A stretch of DNA of 64,000 nt from Callorhinchus milii (lineage: Eukaryota), in assembly GCF_018977255.1 (NCBI RefSeq), contig NW_024704743.1, forward strand, positions 67,520,001 to 67,584,000. Direction: 5' to 3'. The stretch's first letter is position 1, and each line of letters opens with the position of its first letter. Made by a program: the position numbers and the translations under genes. This document shows positions 35,264 through 47,913 of this stretch, in pieces. The notes under the pieces are model-generated. The model was not told where the DNA came from, did no database searches, and saw nothing but the letters and a program-made list of their open reading frames with translations.

Positions 35264-36214
35264 TAGCCACATAGCTGACCCTAGGTTGGCTAATGTTTAG
35301 AGCAGAGGGACATCATGAAGTTGCAGGAATGTAGGAGGGGTTGTAGGCACCAACTGCAAGCGCAAGTGCCTGCACGCCTCCATGGTTGCATTGTTTGTGT
35401 TGTTCTTTCGATTTTCCCCTCGGAGATATTAAACCAATGTTGTTATAACCAAGAGTCTCTGTACGTATCTGGAAGTGCCTGGCTCAGGGAAGGAGGAGGT
35501 GTTTCAAGTTACATTACTTTCATGCAATCTACTGGTGTTAAAATAAGTTTGTCATTCTCCAAGGTTTCAGTGTAAAATGACAAGTCAAAAGACAGTGATA
35601 CGGAGATGTTTGTTTAAATATTAAGAGTTCAATTACAAAATGTTACAACTTGATTTGAAGTTCACTTTTGACTATTAGTAAACTTAGCATCACTTCGCTT
35701 TCTTTTTCTAGGCAACCAAATTCCAGCTCTGGCAACACCCCTTGGCCAGACAAGCTTAGAAACGCACAGAACAGTAAGTGCGTTGAGTCTCACATTCGTG
35801 AGCCACGAATGACCCCCGGGTCAGATTATGATTACCACTGATGTAGAATAATGTAGTTTGCAATGGGTTTCAAGGAGGCAGCACATCTTTTTGACTTTGA
35901 TAAACTGCCTGAGTTTCACTTCCTTGACTTATGGCAGCATTTGTGCTCCAAGATGTGTTATTGCCTTGTTACAAAATTCAACCTATCTGTTATCTGATAT
36001 TTGTGGTGAGCATATATATATTGAGAATCAAAGCCCAAGTGTCACAATTCCAAGATTGCTTTACTGAATATCACAATGGATGAAACTAAACCCAGGAACA
36101 TTGGGCTTTGAAAATAGAAACGATATTCAAAATGTGATAATAATAAATAATAATCCTTGTATTTGTTATAATGCATTTCAAATCAGGACAAAGTGCTACA
36201 CTGGATTTTATTGT

Positions 36215-36545
36215 TTGACCCTCAACTGTCTTTTCTACCCCATATCCGTGCCATGACCCGCTCTGGCTTCCCCCACCTCCACAACATTGCCTGGCTCCGT
36301 CACCGCCTCACCCCTCAGGCCAAAATCCTCATCCACTTTTAATTTTTTTTCATGACATCTAGGCTCGATTACGCCAACTCCTTCCTTGTCGGCCTTCCCA
36401 ACTCTTCCCTCTACAAGCTGCAGATCACCCAGAACTCTGCAGCTTGTGTCCTCTCCTGCACCAGACTCCGTGACCCCATCACCCCCACTCTCACTCGGCT
36501 CCACTGGCTCCCCATCCCCTAGAGGATACAGTTCAAAATCCTCAA
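36215..36545 (+). mobile_element. L2 internal fragment
   Basis: Encodes SRLDYANS, QNSAA and RLHWLP segments homologous to the other L2 copies. Confidence 0.85.
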
Positions 36546-37472
36546 CAACACAGGTTCGCTCATAGCATAATTGGGGTGTAGATTGATAATTGTGCCTCAT
36601 TATAGCACTGGCTGAGATTTTATGATCCCCCACTACCACCACTGACTACCACCTTATAACACGGCTCTTTACATTTAGCAGTATGCTGCAGAATGAGGAA
36701 GGCACAATGTAGAGGATGTATTAAAGATTAAATAAAGGGAGCCTGCATCTTTCGAATTCCCACAATATCTTCACAAAACTCTAAAATAGCTGTGTAACTG
36801 CTGTGGAGCCACTGGCAAAGTTGCCAGAGATGTAAAGAGGGAATCCAACAAATTCCTGAGAATTCCAGGGTCTGAGCTGAGTTTTCTGTTAGTGATTTTA
36901 GTTTCCATCTGCCTGGTGATACAGTTTGTTGTAAAGGGACATTCCATTCCTGCTGTTGCTCTTTCAAAGATATGTTGAGTCTTTCTCCAAGTTAATGTGG
37001 CTTTTGATTCCTTCCTGATCCAAATGTCCACCAAGTTTTCAAATGAATTGGCTGTTAATCTCATTATTATTCATGGGACATTCGGGGGCAGATTAGCAGC
37101 CAATCTATTACTTTATGTNAAAAAAAGGTTTGAGGATTGTTTTTAAATGAAAGGTGCTATATAACTGAAAGTTATTATTATGTCCCTAGAGAAAATGCTC
37201 TTTACATGGGGGGAAAGTTCTTGCCAACTGCTCCATAGAGGTGATGCCACTAATGCACTTTCTAAAGACGCTATATGTAAAGAACAGCTTTCCTAAACGT
37301 CCCTTAATCCATAAGAGATAGTTAGCATTTAGTTGCAGTGGGTGCGGGTAACAGACTGCTGAAGCTAGGTATTTGAAACACTGCGTCTCATGACCTAAAT
37401 GTGGGAATGATACTTTCATTGTGCAGGCCAGCCAATTATGCTAGAATTTACCATTATTTTATATTTTATTTG

Positions 37473-37788
37473 GAGTCCTGTAGCTCAGTGGTTAGAGCAC
37501 TCGCTTTGCAAGTGAGAGACCTGAGTTCAATTCCAGGCAGGGCGAAACCTTGGGCAAGTTTCCTTACTCCACACGCCTAATAATAATCGCTCCAAAAACC
37601 AAAAAACAATAATAAATTGGTCATTTTCAATCTACGACTGTTTGTGGGACATTGCTGTGCGCAATTGGCTGCCGCGTTCGCCCACAAATATACAGTCAAT
37701 TCACTTTACAGTGTGTTCTGTGAAGCGCTTTGGGACGTCCTCCCGACGTGAAAAGCGCTATATCAAATGCAAGGATTATTATTATTAT
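37473..37788 (+). mobile_element. Young tRNA-derived SINE, full length
   Basis: GAGTCCTGTAGCTCAGTGGTTAGAGC...GAGTTCAATTCC...AAATGCAAGG(ATT)n. Confidence 0.95.
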
Positions 37789-38913
37789 ATAACAAATCAA
37801 AGTTTAAGAAACTCTGTAACTTGGTAAGGAATACACTTGGGTGTGGGCACTGCACAGTCTTATCCCAGACAGTTCCTATATTGCCAGCAATTACTGTAAA
37901 GCACTTGGAGATGTTTCAAAGTAGGAATGTCCTATAAAAAAAAATCTTCTCAGACTTCTATGATGTATAGATCACACAATTGTGACACTGTCAAATGTCA
38001 GTAAATGCCAGCTTCAATGTATTCCACAGGGTGCAACTCAACTGACAATTTAGCTCCATATTATAGGTTATTTTTTTCCAACAATACAAGAAACTGACAC
38101 AATCCGAATTTCCCAAATATCACGTTGATATTATGTTAGACAGGTTGCTTTGTGTTGCAATATCTGTGGAATTTCATCCTACTTGTATTTATTCTCCTGC
38201 AACCACTGACACCCTCATGGAACCCATAACGAGACAAGAGCCTATTCTGTGAAGCGCTTTGAGATGTCGAGAAGACGTGAAAAAGTGATATATCAAATGC
38301 AAGGATTATTATTTTTATTATTAAGAGTCGTACCAATGGAACCACATCCATTGTAATACGGTATTCCATCATACTCACTTTGGAAGAACCCTAATAAACC
38401 TACAAGAATCTTCGGATTTGATATTACACTGAGGACCTATCTTCTTGGTCTTCAGATTGTCACTAATGATTCCATATGTTTCAGCTGGAATTCCCTGTTG
38501 GAACCCTGTCTTGTGCGACTACAAATACATCATCACTACACTTTATACGAAATCCTGTGAAATGTTTTGTGATGTCAACAACGTGTTGAATAATAAATAT
38601 TACATTTCATATAGCTCTTCATATAGGACCCAGAGCGTAAAGTGCAATGACTGTATCAAATGCAAGGATTGTTTATTATTGTTATACTTCATCAATATTG
38701 CAACTGGGGATCACCAGAGCAGGGCTGACACTGTTGTACACGGAGCTAAATTTTGTTCACAAATCAGTTTATTAGCAGGGAAGTGGGGAGGAAGGGGAGG
38801 GAAGCCAAAATGCCCTTCAGTTACCACACAGACAGAATCACTACCTTTAAAAGTCCAAGAAGTTTGCAGCTACCTGTGTTCATAGTCGGTATCCGTATCC
38901 CCTTTTACAAAAG

Positions 38914-40133
38914 CAACAAAAACAAAACTACATTTGTATAGACCTTTCACATCAGGATGACATCCCAAGGCATTGGACAGTCAGAGTTTTGGGTTAGGGT
39001 TAGGAGGGTAATGGGGGTCAGGATCAGGGAGGGTAGAGGGCAGTGGGGAAACAGGGTGATCGAAAGCATGATCAAAGACGAGGGTCTTGAGATGGGTGTT
39101 CAAGGAGGCAAAGGATGGATTAAGCCAGAGGGACTGCGGGATGGAGTTCCAAAGGGTGGGGGCAGAGTGGCAGAAGGCCCAATGATGGGGCGGGGGACAT
39201 GAAGCAGGCTGGAGCCCGCTGAGCCAAGACGTTAGAGGGTTAGGAGGTCGCAGATGTAGGGCAGAGCAAGACCATGGAGAGCTTTGAAGGTGAGGACCAG
39301 GATCTTGAACTGTATCCTCTGTGTGATGGGAAGCCAGTGGAGTCGGGCAAAGATGGGGGTGATAGGGTAACAGAGCCTGGTGCGGGAGAAGGCACAGGCT
39401 GCAGAGTTCTGGATGCTCTGCAGCCTATGGAGGGAGGTGTTGGGGAGGTCAACAAGCAAGGAGCTTGCATAGTTGAGCCTAGACGTGATGAATGTGCGGA
39501 TGAGGATTTTGGCGGGCTGAGGGATTGGCGAAAGCAGGCGATGTTGCGGAGGTGGGGGAAGGCAGAGCCATTCATGGCATGGATGTTGGGTAGAAAGGAT
39601 AGTTGAGGGTTCAAGCAAGATGCCAAGGTTCCGGACTGGCTTAGTAAGGTGGAGTGTACATCCATAGGTGATAATGCTATCAGCGCCTGAGGTGATGAGG
39701 CGCTGACGGGTGGAGGCAGAGAGGTAGAGTTGCGTGTCACCCGCATACATGTGGAAATTGACCCCATGTCTGCGGATGATGTCAGCAAGAGGGAGCATAT
39801 AGATATTGAAGAGGAGGGACCAAGGACAGAGTCCTGAGGAACGCCGCATGAGACGGTGCGGGGGCTAGAGGAGAAGCCGTTTGTGGAGATGATGTGGAGG
39901 CAGTGTGAGTGGTACCATCTGAGCCAGTCAAGGACAGAGCCATGAAGGTTGAGGTGAGAGGAGAGGCAGTGGATGAGGATAGAGTGGTCACCGGTGTCGA
40001 AGGCAGCAGAGAGGTCAAGGAGGATGAGGAGGCAGGGGGTTCCCTTTTCGCAGATGGACAGAATGTCATTTGTCATTTGACCAAGGCTGTTTCTGTGCTG
40101 TGGGCAGCACGGAAACCTGATTGGAGGGGTTCG
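38914..40133 (-). mobile_element. L2 3' fragment
   Basis: [23 protein letters not shown] and RLHWLP on the minus strand; (CAA)-type tail at ~38914. Confidence 0.92.
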
Positions 40134-40639
40134 TGAAGGGAATCCTGGAAGAAGCAAACCCTCTCACTCTTACCCCAATCCCACACGCAATACTCAACAT
40201 CTTAAATCATTCTTTAATGACAGCTCAGTCAACAGCTTTCTCTACATACAATACCTCTGATCCGGCCATGCAGTTCACAGCTCATAACTTCTTTGTTCTC
40301 TGGTTCTCCTCCCTCAAATCAGAGTTAAGAGAGTTTCCTCCCTCAGGTGTGTCTTTGCAATTCTCTCCCACATGTCAATCAAAAGCTGCTCCCAATGGGT
40401 AAGAGGGGGATAGCCATTGGGAGGTGGTGTCTCCTCCCAGCCAATGGAGAGAGCTGTCCCACTTGATTGGTCAGTTTATATACCAGCTCCTCCCCTACCT
40501 CTGACAGGGTGACACCTACTCTCCTCATGACCTGAATGAATATACCAATTTGCTCTGGGAAAGAAGACCGAGGTCCATCTAGTTCACCTTCCACCATCCT
40601 GGCAGTCGTTTGACATGTTGTGTCCCAGTGTCCCAGAAT

Positions 40640-41205
40640 GGCTTGGCTATGCAAACTCCCTGCTTGTTGGCCTCCACAACTCCTCCCTCCATGGGCTGCA
40701 GATCATCTAGAACTCTTCAGCCCGTGTCCTCTCAACACCAAGCTCCGTGACCCTATCACCCCCATCCTCACCCAACTCCACTGGCTTCCCATCACACAGA
40801 GGATACAGTTCAAGATCCTGGTCCTCACCTTCAAAGCCTACCATGGTCTTGCTCCCCCCTACCTCTGCGACCTACCAACCTACCGCTCCCTCTGCTCAGC
40901 TGGCTTCAGCCTGCTTGACATCCCTTACCTCGCTCGCCCCATTATTGGTGGGTGGGTCTTCAGCCACTCTGCTCCCATCCTCTGGAATTCATCCGCAGTC
41001 CCTCCACCTCGCACCCTTCCTCGTCTCCTTCAAGACCCTCTCAAGACCCTCCTCTTCGACCATGCCTTTGGTCACCCTCCTTCCCCCCTGCCCTCCATGC
41101 TCTCCGATCCTGACCCCCAGTTCGGGTCCGAAACACTGATTGTCCAGCACCTTGGGACGTCCTCCCGAAGTGAAAGGCATTATACAACTGTAATTGTGGT
41201 GTTGT
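40640..41205 (+). mobile_element. L2 3' fragment, inverted relative to 38914-40133
   Basis: [21 protein letters not shown], plus 3' stem-loop region and tail. Confidence 0.9.
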
Positions 41206-42135
41206 TTCCATTATTATAACTACTAATATAATAATAGTAAAATGATAGTATGATCAAAAAAGCCAGTCTGATATCCATGTGCAGATTAATTTAATTGGAA
41301 TATTCTTGAACCAGAACAATGTTCTACATGGGGCAGTGTTGTAAACTTATGGGGTCAGAAGGGTGACTGTAACCTCCATGTTCTTTACTTCTATGCTGAG
41401 GATAAACTGGCCATTTGAAATACAATCCCTGAACTGGCTTTTTAAACTACATTCCTTGCCAAGAAGGAAGCAGTGATAAAGCACGGTTAATTGAAATCAA
41501 AAGCTATTAATCTGGTTTACATTAGTTGTTTATTACAGCTAACATTGACACAGAGCGAGGCGGGGGAAAAAAATAGCACTTTCTTTGCAGATCACTCGGG
41601 GACATATTGTACGAAGACTGAATGCCACAATAACCCATTTTGTACTCAGCACTGAGCTCAGGAATATGATTGCAGTTCTCAAGCTCACACAACAATTGAA
41701 TCTCCATCTCACTGAATGGTCTGTAAACCAAACGGTTCTCCCTGAACATCAATCAAACACAGTCTACTCATTGGTGATCTCAGATTTTCCCCAACTTTTC
41801 CCTCCTAAAAAGTGGGCAAATATCTTTTAAGTGAAAGTGACAGAAGTTCCTGAAACATCTGGAAATGGGACAACTTGAATTGACTATTTATTAACACAGC
41901 TCACCTCTGGTGTTGTTGAAACAGTTCGTGAGTTTTGCTGAAACTGGCAACCATACATTAGTGCAAATAGGATCTCTGAGTAACATCTCTCTGACTGATA
42001 ACCTAAATCTCTGGTATGTGCCTAAATGGTCTCAGGTGAAGGATTTACATTGCCTCTCAGATCATGAGAATGCTTCACATAAACATCATGACATTGATGG
42101 TTTTGTGACATCCTTATTTAATTAAATTAAATAAT

Positions 42136-42328
42136 AATTAAATTGGTCATTTTCAATCTACGACTATTTGTGGGACATTGCTGTGCGCAATTGGCTGCCG
42201 CGTTCGCCCACAAATATACAGTCAATTCACTTTACAGTGTGTTCTGTGAAGCGCTTTGGGACGTCCTTCCAACGTGAAAAGTGCTATATCAAATGCAAGG
42301 ATTATTACTATTATTATTATTATTATTA
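42136..42328 (+). mobile_element. Young SINE, 5'-truncated
   Basis: 3' half nearly identical to the young full-length copies. Confidence 0.9.
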
Positions 42329-44586
42329 TCCTAGTTCAGTATGTTGATTTAATACTTTGTTTGGTCAGCTGCAGAACATCCTCCAACTGTTAGGGAACAG
42401 GGAGTCAATGGAACCTGGCGAGGATAGGGGATAGCTTGTAGCAACAACAACTTTCATTATCTGGCGCCTTCATGTCGGGAGAAGCTGAACAATGGAGTTT
42501 GGTACAGGAGAGTAGAGGTACAGGTAGTGGAGCTCTGAATCAGCAGAGCCTAGAAAATACAAGCTACAGAGTTCTGGAGGAGCTGAAGCTCTAAACTGGT
42601 GTGATCTATATAAAGGGAGTACAACTTATTTCGATTTATTGCCAAATACCCTTAAGATACAACTCAGTGTTTGATTACCTACATAGACAGCACTTTGACA
42701 TTGTCTGGAGACCATCAGCGAATGATCAATGATCACACCTAATTACTTTCTTTCCTCCAATGATACCTTAGCATTTATAGCTTACTCCCCAGCACATAAA
42801 ACATTCTGCCCCTGCAGGTAACGTCGTTCTTAATTTACATACACTAACACTTTAGTAGTTATGGGAAGTGTTACTTATCCTCATTTGCAGGCCTGACAGT
42901 CAATGGATTATTTTGTCAGACTTAGTTTTCTGCATTAGCTTTAGTTTATTCAGTTAGTCCCATGACTGAACATCCAGCTACAGCACTTGGCGTCTTTGCT
43001 GCCAGAATGCCCTTGTGTTTGCCAATCTATTTCCTTATTTATTGTGTTGTAATTGCTGGCATTTTTAAACAAAAATTCCTAATTTTATAGAATTTAAATG
43101 ATTAAAGCAAATATGAAAACTCTGTGCCCTAAAGGATGCAAGTAAGGAAAATAAATTCTTGGAGATTTGAAAATTCCACAATTAAAACACAAAAAGCACT
43201 AAACGTGTAATTACAACAGGGAAGGAATTCCATTGCTGATAAACAGAATTCAAGCATGCTGCATCCTAATGCTTTATAGATGAAAGGAATCAAGCCTTAA
43301 AAATAAAAAAACATGCTAATTGCAATGCGTGCATTGGCTCTAACATGCTGTTAACTTTAATTTCCATTTGAATCATATTTAACAAGAATTTTAACACTGA
43401 CAAAATTAGAATAAAATTGAAGGCTCCCATGCAATCCTCATCTTTCTGAACTCAATGGAGGGATTTCTTTTGGTTTTATTTTATGCACTGTATTATACTT
43501 TGGATCCAAAAAAAAGTTCTTATTTAGTGAGGAATATTAATTACTTCACCTATAAAGAAAGATTCAGAAGTCTTTCATAAGCATTTTGACACATTTGCTG
43601 ACTAGACTAAATACTCCTGCCTGTCTTTAATGGCATTTTGGACTTACTTTTTCTTCTGCTAGAGGAATAATACATAACAGCTTGCACCCAGGTGGATGTC
43701 CCAAAGCGTTTCACAGGATTTACTATAAAGTTTAGCGACTCTGTATTTGTAGGTGAACAGGGCAACTAATTTGTGCACTACAATGTCCCACAGACCCCCA
43801 TGAAGTGAATGACCAATCTTATCTGGAGGTTTGTTGGCCAGGATAGCAGGAGAAACTCTCTTCTCTTTATGAATAGTGTCATGGGATCTTTAACATCCAC
43901 TTGAACAGGCAGACGAGATGAAGGTCAATACATTGCCACCATCTCCTCTCCGCAGCTTGGGCACACGTCTCTTCCCACTGAGCGATGGTTCCACCAGTTG
44001 GAAGTACAGAGTTTAAGCAGCGGCTACTTGCCTCTCTACAAGCCAGACTAGATGGATTCCAGATGCTGGATGTACAATTATATTCGTGTCAGCCTCGACT
44101 GTGAGCTCAAAGTCCCAATATGTGGTTAGATCGACAAATTTCTAACCCAGAGGTGAAAGTGCTCTCAGCTAATGAGCCACATAAGTTGGTTTAAAGTCAC
44201 GAAAATTGTTCAGTATGGGTGACATATTCACACCATGGCACAAATCCAATGCCAAATGTGGGCAGAATACAGACTGGTGCATTAAATGTGGTGAGTTTCC
44301 GATTTCAGTAGTTCCACCAGGTACAGCTGCAATGGCAGCATCTTCCAGGCTTAATTGGTAGTCAGAAGACTGTGGCTTCAAACCCCACTTTGGTATTTGG
44401 AACTCATATAGTCTAGGCTGACAATCCAATGCAGTGCTGGAGCTGGGCTCCCATTGACAGAACTGCCGTTCTTCCGATGAGACTAAGATTGAATGGAAGT
44501 ACTGTCTGCCTAGGAAAGTGGATGTTAAAGATCCCATGGCACTATTCAAAAAGGGAAGTAAGTTTCTTCCTGTGTTCTGACCAAGA

Positions 44587-46240
44587 ATCATAGAATCGTA
44601 GAATTATACAGCACAGAAGGAGGCCATTCGGCCCATCATGTCTGTGCCTGCTCTTTGAAAAGAGCAATTCAATTCAATCCCTCTACCCGCTCTCTGCCCA
44701 TAGCCCTGCAAACTTGTCCTCCCCAAATAATTATCTACTTCTCTCTTAAAAGTTGTTATGGAATCGGCTTCCACCACCCTTTCAGGCAATGCATTCCAGA
44801 TCCGAACAACTCGCTTTGTGAAAACATTTCTCCTCACCTCTTCTCTGTTTCTTTTAACTATTTTAAATCGGTGTCCTTCAGGCGCTGACACCATCAGCAT
44901 CCAAGGCTGCACTCTCCACCTCTCAAAGCCAGTCAGGAACCTCGGCGTTTTGTTCGACCCTGAGCTGTCCTTTCTCCCTCACATCCGCACCACAACTGGC
45001 ACCGCCTTCCATCACCTCCGGAATATCGCCAGATTACGGCACTACCTCACCCCTCACGCCGCTGAAACCCTGGTTCACGCCTTTGTCACCTCAAGGCTGG
45101 ACTATGGGAACTCTCTCCTCGCCGGCCTTCCCGCCACCTCCCTCCACAAGCTGCAGGTCATTCAGAACTCTGCAGCTCGTGCACTGTCCCGCACCAGGCT
45201 TCGCGATCACATCACTCCCACCCTCGCTCGCCTCCACTGGCTCCCCATCCCCCAGAGGATTGATTTCAAGATCCTCATCCTCACCTACAAGGCCATTCAC
45301 GGCCTTGCTCCCTCCTACCTCTCCAACCTACTATCCCCCTACCTACCTGCCCGTACCCTCCGTTCCTCTGGCTCCGGTCTGCTCCACGTCCCCCGCCCCA
45401 ACCGCCCTACCATCGGTGGTCGGGCCTTCAGCCTCTCAGCCCCCAGGCTCTGGAACTCCATCCCCCAGTGCCTTCGCCTTGCTTCCTCCCTTTCCTCCTT
45501 CAAGGCCGGTCTCAAAACCTTTCTCTTTGACCGTGCCTTCAGCTCCCCTCTCGACTCTCTTCCTCCTCCTCGCTCCCTCCCTTCCCTCCCCTCACCCTGA
45601 CCATTTCCCCCCTCCTCTCTCCCTCCCTTCCCTCCCCTCACCCTGACCATTTCCCCCCTGCTCGGGTCATGACCCAACTGTGCAGCGCCTTGGGACGTCC
45701 TCCTGACGTGAAAGGCGCTCTATAAATGGAATCTTGTTGTTGTTGTTGTTGTTGTTGTCCTTGGGTTACCGATTCACTCGCCAGTTGAAATAGTTTCTCC
45801 TTGTTCACCTTATCGAATCCCCTCATCATTTTGAAAACTTCTATTAAGTCTCCTCTTAACCTTCTCTGCTTGAAGGAGAATAATCCTAGCTTCTCTAGCC
45901 TCTCCTCATAACTGAAGTCCCTCATTCCTGGTACCATCCTGGTAAATCTCTTTGCACCCTCTGCAATGCCTTGACATCCTTCCTAAAGTGTGGTGCCCAG
46001 AATTGAACACAGTACTCTTAGCTGAGGCCTAACCAGTGTTTTATAAAGGTTCATTATAACTTCCTGACTTTTGTAGTCTATGCCCCTATTTATAAAGCCT
46101 GGTATCCTATATGCTTTTTTAACAGCTTTATCTATCTATCCTGCCACCTTCAAAGATTTACTTATATGAACCCCAGGTCTCTCTGTTCCTTCATTCCCTT
46201 TAAGATTGTATCATCTAGCTTATATTGCCTCTCATTCTTC
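44587..46240 (-). mobile_element. CR1 LINE 3' portion split by the L2 insertion
   Basis: YEERLEKLGLFS...RRLRGDLIEVFK and GHRFKI...FTKRVVRIWNALPERVVEA motifs; ATTCT-type tail at ~44587-44604. Confidence 0.93.
44879..45755 (+). mobile_element. Young L2 3' fragment nested in a CR1 element
   Basis: Uninterrupted ORF2 C-terminus, long pure (TTG)n tail, TSD TGTCCTT (44872-44878 and 45756-45762). Confidence 0.95.
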
Positions 46241-47544
46241 CTCCAAAAATGCATACTCCCCCAATAAAATGAAATCATTCACTTTATGGCTGTTTGTGGA
46301 ACATTACAATTGTGCAAATTGGCTACTGTATTCGCCTACAACTTACATAATCACTCCACTTTACAATATAAGCACTCTGAGATACTAGACTGCATTTAAT
46401 GCAAGTTGCTGTTGTTATATATCCTGTGAAGCACTTTGAGACATCATTCTGATGTGAAAGGCGCTATGTCAAATGCAAGGATCATAATTTTTACTATTAA
46501 TATTTCTAGTAGTATTATAGAGCTGATAGTCCAGCAGGCCTTTTACAAAAGAAATGGGGGATAGAGATTTAGAACCAGTAGGGGATGAAAATGTCACAAG
46601 ATAGGACTCGTTAATAAGATAGAATAGAACTTTATAGCACCTGACAGCATCACTCAGTAAAGGGAACAATAATATTCCATTTCCAAGTACCATTGTATTT
46701 CTTGCTCAATCACACATATACAAAGTTCTGAAACAGTGTCAATCCTCAAGATATATCCTAAACTAAGATTTTTTTAAAAAAATTATAAATTGCATACATT
46801 ATACCTGAAAGAAGTGTACATTTCATCTAGACTTTGCTAGATCACAATAATTGAAGTAATGCAGAGCTACTTCAGCTAGTAAAGACTCCAGTCACTGGAA
46901 TATGAAAAATAATGTCTAACATTAAAATATATTGGAGTAATAACTTCTTAATAAAATTCACTTCAACCTTTCCATATTACTTTCATTTATAGTTCCCTGA
47001 ATGTAAATTTCTTGGGTCACTATCTCCAAGGGACATTATAATGGAACACCTTTTGTTCGACATTGAGAATCCTTCGTTGGCTTGAACAAACGAATAGATA
47101 TTGTTGGTTATTTTTTGTCACAAGGGGAGAAACATTATCACTTTCAAGGTCTCCTCTGAGGGCTTTTTGTCATGCCTGTGATGTGCTGAAATTTCACCTG
47201 GCATTAGTCAAAAAAATTGCTTTGATGCAAAGTCATTTAAAACAAGGTTCCATGGGGCCTTTGTTGCACTCGTGAATATCAAGTTTTGCTCTCTTCTCTC
47301 TAAGGAATTTTAATTCCGTTTTTTGAATAAAACACTCTAGGGCCAATGTTCTGCTTTCCTTTGTCAACACTTATACTTACGTCACTTGAATTGATAATGT
47401 TATCCCTCAACCAGTGGAAACACTTTGAATTAAAATAAAGTAGGAATATTTAATCTTTGTTCATACCATTCAATTTGGTGAAGGCTTAGAAATGAAGACC
47501 AATTATAGTCAAGGATAATGGACAACTCCTGCACTGCATTGAGG

Positions 47545-47913
47545 ACCCTATCTCTGTGACCTCCTAACCCCCTACCAACCCGCCCACTCCCTCCACTCAG
47601 CCGCGTCCGGCCTGCTCCACATCCCCCGACCCACCAGTCCCACCATTGGCGGGAGAGCCTTCAGCCATTCTGCCCCCAACCTCTGGAACTCCGTCCCCCA
47701 ATCACTCCGCCTCGCCCCCTCCTTAGCCTCCTTCAAGTCTGGCCTCAAAACCCTCCTCTTCGACCATGCCATTGATCACCCCCCTTCCCCTCCCCTCCCT
47801 TCTCCCCCCTAAACCTCAGCTCAGGTCTGAAATACTGTACAATGTCCAGCACCTTGGGACGTCCTCCTGATGTGAAAGGCGTTATACAAATGTAATCTTG
47901 TTGTTGTTATTGT
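47545..47913 (+). mobile_element. L2 3' fragment
   Basis: Homologous to the other L2 3' ends; TTG tail. Confidence 0.9.

Noticed and set aside
36728..37064. Overlapping minus-strand ORFs (79 and 97 aa) in the same orientation as CNTNAP2
   Set aside because: No similarity to Caspr or any family I recognise. The flanking exons already join in frame without them.
37473..37545. tRNA-Ala(TGC)-like sequences at SINE heads (also 10659, 20939, 55008, ~57141, ~35263)
   Set aside because: No proper acceptor stem, and always fused to the SINE body and tail; not tRNA genes.
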